64,000 bases of DNA, taken from NCBI GenBank assembly GCA_963715865.1, contig OY970280.1:2176001-2240000 (forward strand), given 5' to 3'. The DNA is from Candidatus Bathyarchaeota archaeon (GTDB taxonomy: Archaea; Thermoproteota; Bathyarchaeia; Bathyarchaeales; Bathycorpusculaceae). The notes beneath the pieces were generated by a model. The model saw nothing but the letters and a program-made list of their open reading frames with translations. It was not told the DNA's origin and ran no database searches. A program made the position numbers and the translations under genes. Within the stretch, counting starts at the first letter, position 1, and each line of letters starts with the position of its first letter. Shown here one piece after another: positions 17,849 to 28,000 of the stretch.

Positions 17849-18446
17849 GAGAGTACACTTTGGCAATTACGTTTTTAATATATGGGAGAATGTTTACGAG
17901 CCTGCAGAGGACTCGTTTCTTTTCGCTGAAAACCTTGATGTAGAAAAAGGCGCGCAGGTATTGGATGTGGGTACTGGTTGCGGTATACTTGGCATATTGG
18001 CAGCGGAAAAAGCTGGCAACGTGGTTGCGGTTGACTTAAATCCCTATGCTGTACGTTGCGCAAGGGAGAATTCGGCGCTTAATAATGTACGTAGTAAAAT
18101 GGCTTTCATGCAAGCTGAACTATTAACCGCTTTAAACGAAAAAGCAACGTTTGATTTAATTCTCTTTAATGCACCGTACCTTCCCGCAGCCGAGGATGAA
18201 GCGGAATTCTGGATTGGGCGCTCATGGGCAGGAGGCATTAATGGACGGCAAGTTATCGACCGCTTTATCTCCGAAGCCTCACCGCACTTGAAACCTAACA
18301 GTCGGATTCTCTTAATGCAGTCAACACTTACAAATGTTGAAGAAACGATTCGCAAATTTGAGGAGCGCAATCTTAAAGCAAGCTTTAAAGCTGAACGTAA
18401 ACTGCCTTTCTTTGAAACTTTAACACTTATAGAAGCCAAAACTTAA
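17832..18446 (+). CDS. HemK2/Mtq2-type methyltransferase
   Basis: VYEPAEDSFL, LDVGTGCG, FNAPY, WAGG..GR. Confidence 0.88.
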   Translation: MPFPVKRVHFGNYVFNIWENVYEPAEDSFLFAENLDVEKGAQVLDVGTGCGILGILAAEKAGNVVAVDLNPYAVRCARENSALNNVRSKMAFMQAELLTALNEKATFDLILFNAPYLPAAEDEAEFWIGRSWAGGINGRQVIDRFISEASPHLKPNSRILLMQSTLTNVEETIRKFEERNLKASFKAERKLPFFETLTLIEAKT

Positions 18447-18524
18447 CCTGCTTAGAGAGCGCTATTTGGCTGTTCTGAAAAGCAAATAAAGGTATAGTGC
18501 ATTGGTTATTGTAGTGACTGCAAG

Positions 18525-18854
18525 ATGACAATTTGGTTTTACGTTAAAACAAACGATGACCCCAAGGCAGTTGGAGACATTGTTTGCAGCTTCAACTTTA
18601 CACAAGGCATGCATCCTGAGGATAAGTATTCTTGGATTATGGAGGTTGGGAAAGATGAGCCTGGCTATTGGGAAATCAAAGGTAAATATGCTGCCCTAAA
18701 AGATCTCACGTCCATAGGCATCGTTTACAGAATAGGGGACACGGTGGTTCTGTCAGAAATAGATGACGACTTAGCCCCAGACTTTCTCGATCCACTAATA
18801 ACAAAGTATGGATTTGACAATGTTAAGTGGATAGTTGTTCCAAGAGCACGATAA
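18525..18854 (+). CDS. Hypothetical protein (109 aa)
   Basis: Clean ORF with protein-like composition; no motif recognised. Confidence 0.65.
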   Translation: MTIWFYVKTNDDPKAVGDIVCSFNFTQGMHPEDKYSWIMEVGKDEPGYWEIKGKYAALKDLTSIGIVYRIGDTVVLSEIDDDLAPDFLDPLITKYGFDNVKWIVVPRAR

Positions 18855-18856
18855 TT

Positions 18857-19342
18857 TTATTGCTCGTCGTATTTTTCGACTTCATCATTCATTATGGTTA
18901 ATTCAATATCTGCCTGCTTGAACAACTCTATAGCATCTGCATCAGCATGATACCGCTTTTCGCAAACTACCCGTTTTATGCCAGCGTTAATTATCATCAT
19001 GGCGCAAGTTCGGCATGGCGTCATTTTACAGAAAAGTGTTGCTCCCTCAAGTGGTATACCAAACCTGGCCGCTTGAATGATAGCGTTTTGTTCCGCATGA
19101 AGAGTGCGCACGCAATGCTGGGTTACATTGCCGTTGCTGTCGAATACTTTGCGCATGTCATGTCCAACTTCGTCACAGTGTGGCAAACCAGCAGGAGCAC
19201 CAACATAGCCAGTAGTCATAATCCGTTTGTTCTTAACAATTACACAGCCGCTTCTTCCACGGTCACACGTAGCGCGCCTAGCTACAGCTTCGCATAGGTC
19301 TAAGAAGTATCTATTCCAATTAGGTCTTGAATTAGTCTCCAA
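18857..19342 (-). CDS. Stand-alone dCMP deaminase (ComEB family)
   Basis: RATCDRGRSGCVIV, TGYVG, HAEQNA, PCRTC. Confidence 0.92.
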   Translation of the reverse strand: METNSRPNWNRYFLDLCEAVARRATCDRGRSGCVIVKNKRIMTTGYVGAPAGLPHCDEVGHDMRKVFDSNGNVTQHCVRTLHAEQNAIIQAARFGIPLEGATLFCKMTPCRTCAMMIINAGIKRVVCEKRYHADADAIELFKQADIELTIMNDEVEKYDEQ

Positions 19343-19418
19343 CAGTTTCCTGCCTCAACTTGTTTTAGAAACATAGTTCATTAAACAAATTAATAAATTA
19401 TATCTGAAAATGATCTGT

Positions 19419-20717
19419 TTATTTTTCGTAGATGTGAATTTCTCTGCCAATCTTGTGCCGTTCATCAACCTCAACCAACGAGGAAACACCGACCAACTCT
19501 TCCAGCCCTACCGCACCCTCAGAAAACATCTCTTTAGTGAGAGGCTGCACCCTCTTAAATCCACAATTCTCAATTTTCTCACCAATCGGCATTGTCACGG
19601 ATTTTCCAGAACGAGTTATAATGTAAGGCGTCACAAGTACCAATCGTCCATCGCTTTTCAGGACTCTATGTGCCTCTTCAACGAAACCAAAATACAACGG
19701 CTCAAGCTTCTGAATAATTTTTAGTGCATATGGTCCAGTAGCAACCTGCCGCAACGCTGGACCCAAATCAGGCTCCGTTACAATGCAATCTACCGTTTCT
19801 TGCCCAATTTTCTGTGCCAACCTACTCACGTCCCCTTGCAAAACCCTAAACTCCGTACCTTCAAGACTATACTCTCTTTTAAGCCACTCAAGATTTTCAT
19901 TTGCCGCTTTAACACACCAAGGATTAACATCTACACCGACAACCTTTGCCCTTGCCAGCAGTGCTTCCTGAAGAATTGTGCCAACACCACAGAATGGGTC
20001 AAGCAAAACCTTTCTAGGCGTACAATAAGATAAATTAACCATTATTCTGGCTATTCTCGGTGGCATGGCAAAAATTTTCCGTTGATTAGGCTTGTAAATG
20101 TCTCTTTTTTGAAATTCAAACGGATTATGAACAGCCACAGTGGTAGCAACCCAAGCTTCTTCCTTGCCAATGCATAGCAATACCTCTCCCTTGTTTTCAA
20201 CCAAATTCTTCTTTAAAACTTCAACATGGCTTAGCTGAGCGAACTTTCTATCTTTAGAAAACCCCATAAACTTCGATTTCTTGCCGTAACCTGCCAACTC
20301 ACCCTTTACAGCGCTACCGACAAACCGCTGAATAACCCACGATAATGGACGCAACGTTTTTTCAGTACAATACACGCTTACTCCAAAAAAAATCTTCTCA
20401 GCCGACTTCGCCATCTCATCAACTAAACCGCTTGATGCTAAAGACTCAGCTATTTGTGATTGGGCTTCCTTGTTTCTTTCAATAAACGCTTCTTTAACAA
20501 TTTGCGTCAGAAACTTTGCTTTTACTTCGCCAATCTTTATTGTTCCACCCAAATCGGCAATGGTTGAAGCATCGAAATTTTCCTCAAAAGTTAGTGCAAA
20601 AAATTCTTTAGAAAAAAATGATACCTTGAATTTGATTTCCCTTGATTTAAAGTAGGAAGTAAGCTCCGCTAATGAAAGCATCCAGTTTTTCCCTGAAATA
20701 AACAGTTCAGTTGGCAT
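19419..20717 (-). CDS. THUMP-containing tRNA methyltransferase, Trm11-like
   Basis: MPPRIARIMVNL, LLDPFCGVGTIL, IVTEPDLGP. Start placed at ATG 20717 (MPTELFISGKN); the ORF-track extension is unlikely. Confidence 0.8.
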   Translation of the reverse strand: MPTELFISGKNWMLSLAELTSYFKSREIKFKVSFFSKEFFALTFEENFDASTIADLGGTIKIGEVKAKFLTQIVKEAFIERNKEAQSQIAESLASSGLVDEMAKSAEKIFFGVSVYCTEKTLRPLSWVIQRFVGSAVKGELAGYGKKSKFMGFSKDRKFAQLSHVEVLKKNLVENKGEVLLCIGKEEAWVATTVAVHNPFEFQKRDIYKPNQRKIFAMPPRIARIMVNLSYCTPRKVLLDPFCGVGTILQEALLARAKVVGVDVNPWCVKAANENLEWLKREYSLEGTEFRVLQGDVSRLAQKIGQETVDCIVTEPDLGPALRQVATGPYALKIIQKLEPLYFGFVEEAHRVLKSDGRLVLVTPYIITRSGKSVTMPIGEKIENCGFKRVQPLTKEMFSEGAVGLEELVGVSSLVEVDERHKIGREIHIYEK

Positions 20718-20883
20718 TCTGAAAATCAAAAAGTAAACTAAGTATATAAGCGAATGACAGCAATCACTCGAATAAAGCATTTTAAGTAAATAACTAGAAG
20801 TTGGAAAAAGCACGGAAGTATCACCACGTATTTACAAATCGTTTAAATACCGCTGAATGAGTAATGCTAAAAAGGGACGTTGC

Positions 20884-21426
20884 ATGCACGCAAGAAATTA
20901 CAGGCACGTGAAAAATCGAGCCTACACAAGAAAAGAATACGCTAGAGGTTTTCCACCACCAAAAATAGTGAAGTTCACTATGGGTGATACAAAGGGTACC
21001 TTTGAAATTGAAGGCAAACTTATTGCTTTAGAACGAGCTCAAATACGCCATAGCGCCTTAGAAGCAGCACGTGTGGCAACAAACCGCATCTTAATGGATA
21101 AACTCATAAATGATTATCTTATGGTTGTTCATCCATATCCTCATATTATCCTAAGAGAAAACAAAATGATCTTCGGCGCTCACGCTGACCGGCTTCAACA
21201 GGGAATGAGACGTTCCTTCGGAACAGCGATCGGCACTGCAGCAAAAGTAGAGGTAGGACAAACCATCATAACGGTCAAAGTAAAAGCATCAGCTGCTGAA
21301 ACAGCCAAAGAATCCCTCAAAAGAGGAAGCGCAAAACTTCCCATACCTTGCAAAATAGTTATCTCCAAGATTCAAGCTTCTCCAAACATAACCGAGAAGG
21401 CCGAAACGGAGACGGAGACAACTTGA
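20884..21426 (+). CDS. rpl10e: 50S ribosomal protein L16/L10e
   Basis: YTRKEY, ALEAARV, LRENKMIFGAHADRLQQGMRRSFG, KLPIPC. Start placed at the second ATG. Confidence 0.95.
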   Translation: MHARNYRHVKNRAYTRKEYARGFPPPKIVKFTMGDTKGTFEIEGKLIALERAQIRHSALEAARVATNRILMDKLINDYLMVVHPYPHIILRENKMIFGAHADRLQQGMRRSFGTAIGTAAKVEVGQTIITVKVKASAAETAKESLKRGSAKLPIPCKIVISKIQASPNITEKAETETETT

Positions 21427-23861
21427 GCGTAAAAGAGAAAGAACTGGTTTTATGGTTTGATGATTTAAGAAAAGACGATATTCCTGTTGTTGGCGGCAAA
21501 AACGCCAGCCTCGGCGAAATGATTAATGTAGGATTGCCTGTTCCGCCTGGTTTTGCGGTAACAGCTTATTCTTATGAAAGATTTATTCAAGAAAAGCGAA
21601 TAGCCGAGCAAATTTACAAAATAATTAAAGAAACAATCACAGACCTAAACGACCCAAAACAGTATGATGTTGCATCCAAGAAGATACGTGGACTTATCGA
21701 AAAAACTCTAATGCCTAAAGAAATTGAAAACGCTATAAAAAAAGCATACAAAGACCTAAACAAACGCCTCGAGTTAAAGGATGTTTTTGTTGCTGTACGA
21801 TCAAGCGCTACAGCCGAAGACTTACCTGACGCATCATTTGCAGGTCAACAAGAAACCTTCCTTAACGTTAAAGGACCAGATGACCTTACCGATAAAGTTA
21901 TCAAATGCTGGTCAAGCTTGTTCACGCCACGTGCAATCTTTTATCGAAACGAAAAAGGCTTTGCGCACGAAAAAGTCTTCATAAGCGTTGGAGTACAAAA
22001 AATGGTGAACTCCAGAGCTGCTGGAGTCATGTTTACCATAAACCCTGTAACGGGAAATCAAGATGAAATTGTAATCGAAGGCAACTACGGCTTAGGAGAA
22101 ACTGTCGTATCAGGCGTTGTTAACCCTGACGATTTTGTCGTCGACAAAAACACGATGAAAATTAAGGAAAGAAGGATTGCACGAAAAACAATAGAGTACA
22201 TTCGTGACCTCAAGACAGGTAAGACAGTGCACTTGGATGTGCCGGAGGATAAGCAGAAAGTAACCTGCATAAGCGACCAAGAAATCATGGTGCTTGCAGA
22301 ACTTGCTACGCGAATTGAAAAGCATTATGGCAAACCCATGGATATTGAATGGGCAATTGACCAAGATTTATCTTATCCAGAAAACATGTTCATAGTTCAA
22401 GCTCGTCCAGAAACAGTTTGGAGTTCAAAAACAATGGAAACACCCATAAAAATTGAAGAACATAAGGCTGAAGAATCACTAAAAGTGGTTGTTAGAGGCC
22501 TTTCTGCTGGAAGAAGAGGTTATGGCGCAGGCATAGCAAAAGTTGTCCTAAACCCTGATGATGCAAACAGAGAAATGCGCAAAGGAGACATTCTCGTAAC
22601 AGCCATGACAAACCCCGATTTCGTGCCATTCATGAAAATCGCAAGCGCCATAGTCACCGACAAAGGTGGAGTCACATCCCACGCAGCAATTGTGAGCCGC
22701 GAACTCAGCATCCCCTGCGTGGTAGGTACAGAAACAGCCACTCAAGTAATGAAAACAGGGCAAGAATACACTGTGGACTCAAGAAACGGCATAATCTACG
22801 AAGGCATAATTGCCCAAGCCGTTCAACCAGCAGTAACATCAAACGGACCAGCCATAATTATGCAAGCAACAGCGGAAGACACTCCAGTAACAGCCACAAA
22901 AATCTACATGAACTTGGGCGTTCCAGAAAAAATTGAGGATTACAAAAACCTGCCGTTCGAAGGTATCGGATTAATGCGCACCGAATTCATCTTAGCCAGC
23001 GCCATAGGTCAGCATCCAATGATGTTTGTCGAAACAGGCGAAAGCCAAAAATTCGTAGACAAACTCGCCGAAGGCATAGCAACTGTGGCCCGAACAATTC
23101 AGCCCCGACCAGTTGTAGTGCGCTTAAGCGACTTCAAAACCAACGAATACCGAGACCTGAAAGGTGGAGAAAAATACGAAATAGTCGAAGAAAACCCCAT
23201 GCTCGGTTGGAGAGGCTGCAGCCGCTACATTAGCAAATGGTACATCCAAGCCTTCAGGCTTGAATGCCAAGCCATCAAGAAATGCCGCGCAGAATGGGGT
23301 CTCAAAAACGTCTACGTCATGCTTCCAATGGTTCGCACGCTTTGGGAAGCCAAGAAAGTTCTCGAAATTATGAAGGAAGAAGGTCTAGAGCGTTCTCGCG
23401 ACTTTAAGGTTTGGTTTATGGCTGAAACGCCATCCATAGCAATAATGGCTGATGAATTCTCCAAGCTTGTCGATGGCTTCTCAATCGGTTCAAACGATAT
23501 GACTCAAGGTGTACTAATGATTGATCGTGACTCTGAACGCTTAGGTCAAATGGGCTACTTCGACGAAAGAGATCCAGCAGTAAAAAGAATAATTGCCCAC
23601 CTCATCAAAGTGGCTCACGAAAACGGCTGCACAGTCTCCATCTGTGGTGAAGGGCCATCAAACCTTCCAGACTTCGCAGAATTCCTCGTTCGAGTCGGAA
23701 TCGACAGCATATCCGTAAACAACGACGCTGTAACAGCTACAAGAAAGCACGTTGCCAGCATAGAACAAAAAATAATTCTTGAACGACTTGCTGAACAAGC
23801 CGCGTTAGCTCGTGGGCAAGCTCTTAAAAAGCCAACTCAAGACTGGGAATGGCCGCGCTAG
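21423..23861 (+). CDS. ppsA: Phosphoenolpyruvate synthase
   Basis: VGGKNASLGE, VAVRSSATAEDL, FAGQQETF, GGVTSHAAIVSRE (phospho-His), FSIGSNDMTQ. TTG start overlaps the rpl10e stop. Confidence 0.96.
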   Translation: MSVKEKELVLWFDDLRKDDIPVVGGKNASLGEMINVGLPVPPGFAVTAYSYERFIQEKRIAEQIYKIIKETITDLNDPKQYDVASKKIRGLIEKTLMPKEIENAIKKAYKDLNKRLELKDVFVAVRSSATAEDLPDASFAGQQETFLNVKGPDDLTDKVIKCWSSLFTPRAIFYRNEKGFAHEKVFISVGVQKMVNSRAAGVMFTINPVTGNQDEIVIEGNYGLGETVVSGVVNPDDFVVDKNTMKIKERRIARKTIEYIRDLKTGKTVHLDVPEDKQKVTCISDQEIMVLAELATRIEKHYGKPMDIEWAIDQDLSYPENMFIVQARPETVWSSKTMETPIKIEEHKAEESLKVVVRGLSAGRRGYGAGIAKVVLNPDDANREMRKGDILVTAMTNPDFVPFMKIASAIVTDKGGVTSHAAIVSRELSIPCVVGTETATQVMKTGQEYTVDSRNGIIYEGIIAQAVQPAVTSNGPAIIMQATAEDTPVTATKIYMNLGVPEKIEDYKNLPFEGIGLMRTEFILASAIGQHPMMFVETGESQKFVDKLAEGIATVARTIQPRPVVVRLSDFKTNEYRDLKGGEKYEIVEENPMLGWRGCSRYISKWYIQAFRLECQAIKKCRAEWGLKNVYVMLPMVRTLWEAKKVLEIMKEEGLERSRDFKVWFMAETPSIAIMADEFSKLVDGFSIGSNDMTQGVLMIDRDSERLGQMGYFDERDPAVKRIIAHLIKVAHENGCTVSICGEGPSNLPDFAEFLVRVGIDSISVNNDAVTATRKHVASIEQKIILERLAEQAALARGQALKKPTQDWEWPR

Positions 23862-23944
23862 CATAAAGAGCCGTTATGCAATCATGTATCCCTTTGTTTA
23901 TCTTTCCTTTAATTTTCTGTTAAGTATAAGTGTGGGAGTACAGT

Positions 23945-24946
23945 ATGAAAGGGTTTGATTTTGAAGAAGAAAGAATAAAGCAAGAGATAACCAAACTTGG
24001 CGCCAAACGCGTTCTGCTGCAACTGCCAGAAGGATTAAAACCTGAAGGTCCACGCTTAGCCAAAATAGTGGAGAAAAACGGTGCGCTTCCAATAATTTCC
24101 GCTGACCCATGCTACGGCGCCTGTGATGTAGCGGTTAATGAAGCAGAAAGTTTAGGCGTAGATTTGATAGTGCATTTCGGGCACTCAAAACTCATAAAGC
24201 ATGAGCAGATTCCAACAATTTACATAGAAGCAAGAGCAACAGTAACAGTTGATGAGGCTGTCGAGCAATCTTTACCGTTCTTAAGCAAGTACGCTAAAAT
24301 TGGTTTAGCAACCTCAGTGCAGCATTTACACGCGCTAAATCAGGCAAGAGAAATTTTGATTCGAGCTGGAAAGACAGTAATAATCGGCGATACGGGGCAA
24401 ATGAGTTACCCTGGACAAGTCAGCGGCTGCAATTACAGCAACGTAAAATCAATCGCTGACGAAGTAGAAGCTTTCCTTTTTGTTGGCGGCGGAAGGTTCC
24501 ACGCTTTAGGCATAGCTTTAAGCACTTCTAAACCAACCTTCATAGCCGATCCGTACGATAATAGGGCTTTCTCGATTAATGATGAAGCCCAAAAAATCCT
24601 CAAGCAGCGTTGGGCCTGCATTGAAGAAGCGCAACGTGCTAAAACTTTCGGGGTTCTTGTTGGCTTGAAACCAGGGCAAAAACGGTTTGACGAAGCATTG
24701 AAGATTAAGGAGTTAGCAGAGAAAAATGGGAAAGCTGCTTATCTGTTGGCTGTTAGGGAAATCATTCCTGAAGCACTCTTGGAATTTCCATCCATTGATG
24801 CATACGTCAACACGGCATGTCCTCGGGTTTCTCTTGATGCTCCGAAAAAGTTTTTGAAGCCTGTGTTAACTATTAACGAGTTTATGGTGGTTTCTGGCGA
24901 ATCTTCATGGGAGAATATGCTCAAAAAAGGATTATTCGAAAATTAG
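23945..24946 (+). CDS. dph2: Diphthamide biosynthesis enzyme Dph2
   Basis: LQLPEGLK, PCYGACD, HFGHS, GQVSGC, NTACPR. Confidence 0.94.
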   Translation: MKGFDFEEERIKQEITKLGAKRVLLQLPEGLKPEGPRLAKIVEKNGALPIISADPCYGACDVAVNEAESLGVDLIVHFGHSKLIKHEQIPTIYIEARATVTVDEAVEQSLPFLSKYAKIGLATSVQHLHALNQAREILIRAGKTVIIGDTGQMSYPGQVSGCNYSNVKSIADEVEAFLFVGGGRFHALGIALSTSKPTFIADPYDNRAFSINDEAQKILKQRWACIEEAQRAKTFGVLVGLKPGQKRFDEALKIKELAEKNGKAAYLLAVREIIPEALLEFPSIDAYVNTACPRVSLDAPKKFLKPVLTINEFMVVSGESSWENMLKKGLFEN

Positions 24947-25611
24947 ATTTAGAGCTGTTTCTCTCGAAAATTGCTCCTCAGCCTTCTCCTCAGGCGCATC
25001 TTGAACAGTACACTATTTCCGAGTCGATTGCATCAACCATGCTGTACATTGCTGCCTATGCAAATAACGATATTATTGGCAAAACCGTGCTGGATTTAGG
25101 GTGTGGAACAGGGAGGCTTGCTTTAGGCGCCTCTTATCTTGGCGCTAAGAGCGTTGTTGGAGTTGACGTTGATAAGTTAGCCATTAAAACTGCCGTTGAA
25201 AATTCATTCAAAACTAGTTTAGCTGAAAATGTTCAATGGATTATTGGCGACATCAGCGCTATCGTTGGCAGATTCGATACTGTTTTGCAAAATCCGCCTT
25301 TTGGGGTGCAAACACCTGAGGCTGACAGAGCGTTTTTAGCAAAGGCTTTAGAAGTGGGCAATTCAGTTTATTCTCTTCATAATCATCCGCAAACCGATAA
25401 GCAATTAATCAAGCAGCTTAAAGCAAGCAGCGGGTTTTTGCAGATTTCTCCTTCTCCCTTTTTAGAAAGGTTTGTCGCACAACATAATGGCGTTGTTAAA
25501 GCAGTTTATGCTATGCTTATGACTATTCCGCGTATGTTTGATTTTCACACAAAACTCAAGCATGATTTTGTTGTCGACTTATATGTTATCGAAAGGATGA
25601 GCAATAAATAA
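24907..25611 (+). CDS. METTL5-family methyltransferase
   Basis: LEQYT, DLGCGTGRL, QNPPFG, ADRAFL. Confidence 0.88.
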   Translation: MGEYAQKRIIRKLDLELFLSKIAPQPSPQAHLEQYTISESIASTMLYIAAYANNDIIGKTVLDLGCGTGRLALGASYLGAKSVVGVDVDKLAIKTAVENSFKTSLAENVQWIIGDISAIVGRFDTVLQNPPFGVQTPEADRAFLAKALEVGNSVYSLHNHPQTDKQLIKQLKASSGFLQISPSPFLERFVAQHNGVVKAVYAMLMTIPRMFDFHTKLKHDFVVDLYVIERMSNK

Positions 25612-25743
25612 AATTTTTTAGCCGTTGCGATTAGGAATTAATTTTGTATATTAATCAAAAGGTTTATTGATAAGAATGGAAACTTAGCATATGCATTTAT
25701 CAAACGTGCCTGTTTAACTTATTTAAAGATAAAGGGAACTATC

Positions 25744-26325
25744 ATGAGTCTAAAACCACCTGAACAAAAAAGCGGCCATTTAGTGTTGCCTGGAGAACGC
25801 TTAGGTGTAATTGAAGAGTTCATTCCAGACTCTGGAACATACGTTAAAGATGGCGTCATCTACTCCAAGATTGTTGGTCGTGCATTACTAGATTTGCTTA
25901 ACAAGCGTGTTTCTGTTTACCCATTAATTAACGGTGCAGTCGTCCCGAAAGTTTCAACTACGGTTGTGGGGCAAGTTGGTAACGCGCAGTCTGATAATGT
26001 TTTGGTGAGAATCTTTAAGATAGGGAACAAAAAGCTCTCAGGCAACTTTGGCGGTATCTTGCATATTTCTGATGTTTCTGACAGGTACATTAATTCAATG
26101 AATGAAGTATGCAAGCCTGGCGACATCATCAGAGCTAAAGTAATTAGTGAAAAAAACCGCATTTACCACTTATCGACCAACGATAAGGGCTTAGGTGTTT
26201 TGTATGCTTCCTGCTCTAGATGCGGCAATTTGCTGGAACCACAGCGGTATGAATTGCAGTGTCCAAAGTGCGGTAATGTTGAACAACGTAAAATCGCTTC
26301 CGATTATGGAAAAGAAGAGATATAG
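25744..26325 (+). CDS. csl4: Exosome subunit Csl4
   Basis: VLPGERLG, S1 domain (PGDIIRAKVIS), LGV and a CSRC...CPKC zinc ribbon. Confidence 0.93.
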   Translation: MSLKPPEQKSGHLVLPGERLGVIEEFIPDSGTYVKDGVIYSKIVGRALLDLLNKRVSVYPLINGAVVPKVSTTVVGQVGNAQSDNVLVRIFKIGNKKLSGNFGGILHISDVSDRYINSMNEVCKPGDIIRAKVISEKNRIYHLSTNDKGLGVLYASCSRCGNLLEPQRYELQCPKCGNVEQRKIASDYGKEEI

Positions 26326-26344
26326 CGAAAAAGAGGCGAAAGGT

Positions 26345-26626
26345 TTGAAAATTAAAGTGTTAAAAAAATCAGGGAACGAGCTTAAAATAGAAATTGAAGG
26401 CACCACTCATGGCCTTTGCAACTTGTTGCAGAAGAGGCTTTTAGAGGATAAAAATGTGGATTTTGCAGGCTACGATATACCGCATCCTTTGGCGTCAAAC
26501 CCCCTTATTTACGTTAGAATGAAAGGAAATGCAAAGCCTGAAGATGCATTGATTAAAGCTATCTCGAAAGTTCGAGAAGTGAATGAAGTTTTCAGCAAAG
26601 AGTTAGAGCGTGTTATGAAAGCTTAA
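26345..26626 (+). CDS. rpoL: RNA polymerase subunit Rpo11 (RpoL)
   Basis: EIEGTTHGLCNLLQKRLL, FAGYDIPHPL. Start placed at TTG 26345, after the csl4 stop. Confidence 0.92.
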   Translation: MKIKVLKKSGNELKIEIEGTTHGLCNLLQKRLLEDKNVDFAGYDIPHPLASNPLIYVRMKGNAKPEDALIKAISKVREVNEVFSKELERVMKA

Positions 26627-26688
26627 TTCTCTTTTCCGTTTATGTTTAGCTTTTTCAATTAATATCAAATTAGATTCAAGAAGTTGGC

Positions 26689-27321
26689 TTGAGGTTTAAT
26701 TTAAAAGCTGAAACATGCCTTATAACTTTTCAGGGAAAGATTTTGGAAGTTAAAGACTTTCGAGTGATAAAATCTGAAATCCGCGTGCTCGGCGTAGATG
26801 ACGGCAAATTTGTTCCGCATACGGAAGGTATTGTGATAGTTGTTGGCGTTGTTTTCAGAGGCGGCTGCTGGCTTGATGGAGTAATGCATACTAGCATTGC
26901 AATCGATGGTTTTGATGCTACTGAACGGATAGCTTCAATGATTAACGGTTCACCTCACTGCAAACAGTTGCGTTTGGTAATGTTAAACGGGGTAACGTTT
27001 GCTGGTTTTAACGTGGTTGACATCAAAAGGCTCAATTTGGCAACGAAACTTCCAGTTATTGCATTAACGCGTGATAAGCCTGATTTAGACGCGGTTCGCA
27101 GGGCGCTTAATAATTTGCCTAAAAGTGAGGAGCGTTGGAAAATGGTTCTTGAGGCTGGAAAAATCCACGAAGTACGCTGTAGGGGTAAGGCGATTTACAT
27201 GGAGTTAGCTGGAATTTCTGAGGCTGATGCTCGAGAAGTTGTTGAGTTGACTTCAACAAGGAGCAGTTTTCCTGAGCCTTTGCGGGTTGCTCATCTCATT
27301 GCTTCTGGAATCAGTCCATGA
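26689..27321 (+). CDS. DUF99 family (endonuclease V-like fold)
   Basis: RVLGVDDG, IDGFDAT, GVTFAGFNVVDI, PEPLRVAHLIASG. Confidence 0.88.
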   Translation: MRFNLKAETCLITFQGKILEVKDFRVIKSEIRVLGVDDGKFVPHTEGIVIVVGVVFRGGCWLDGVMHTSIAIDGFDATERIASMINGSPHCKQLRLVMLNGVTFAGFNVVDIKRLNLATKLPVIALTRDKPDLDAVRRALNNLPKSEERWKMVLEAGKIHEVRCRGKAIYMELAGISEADAREVVELTSTRSSFPEPLRVAHLIASGISP

Positions 27322-27394
27322 TTTAGCCCAAGTTGGAAAAGGTTTAAAAGATACCATGCTAAGGGAATCAAAAACGGATAGTGAGTAACGGAAT

Positions 27395-27751
27395 ATGGAA
27401 TTCTGCCCTAGGTGTGGTTCGCGTCTTGAGCCAAAGAAATCTAAGAGTGGTAAAGAGGCTTCTTTAGTTCTTGCGTGCCCGAAATGTGGGTATAAAAAGC
27501 CGGAAGCTGACGAAAAAGTTGAGCCGAAAGTGGCGCCGAAAGTTATTCAGCATAGTCCTCAACAGTTTGTTGCCGTCATTGGGAAAGAGGAACAGAAATT
27601 GAGCACGTTACCAACTGTGCGGATTGAATGTCCTAGATGTGGAAACAACACGGCTTATGTATGGCAGGTGCAAACACGCGGAGCGGATGAATCTTCAACC
27701 CAGTTTCTCCGCTGCACTAAGTGCAATTACACGTTTAGAGAATACAGCTAA
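27395..27751 (+). CDS. tfs: Transcription factor S (TFS/RpoM)
   Basis: FCPRCGS...CPKC and CPRC...QTRGADESST.F.RCTKC. Confidence 0.94.
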   Translation: MEFCPRCGSRLEPKKSKSGKEASLVLACPKCGYKKPEADEKVEPKVAPKVIQHSPQQFVAVIGKEEQKLSTLPTVRIECPRCGNNTAYVWQVQTRGADESSTQFLRCTKCNYTFREYS

Positions 27752-28000
27752 AATCCTGTTTTTTTATTGTAATTCTTTGTTTAACTCTCGTTTATTTTGG
27801 CAATAACCCATCCATTTTATTGTATTTAGTGAAGTGCGTGCCGTCCGATTCTAAAATTTATGCGCCCTTAATTTCAATATATCTATCCTACCAAGCGCAT
27901 GTTTTTTGGTTTGGCTAGAACAATTTATTTATTAGCTCAATGTGTAATCATAAGCTATATAACTTTACAGTAATATGCATTAGCGAGGAAGAAGAATAGC

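Noticed and set aside
21348-21422. Apparent 25-aa N-terminal extension of PpsA overlapping rpl10e (similar extensions for RpoL, S27e, Trm11-like, EndoV)
   Set aside because: An artefact of calling the longest open frame; downstream TTG/ATG starts fit family lengths and operon spacing.
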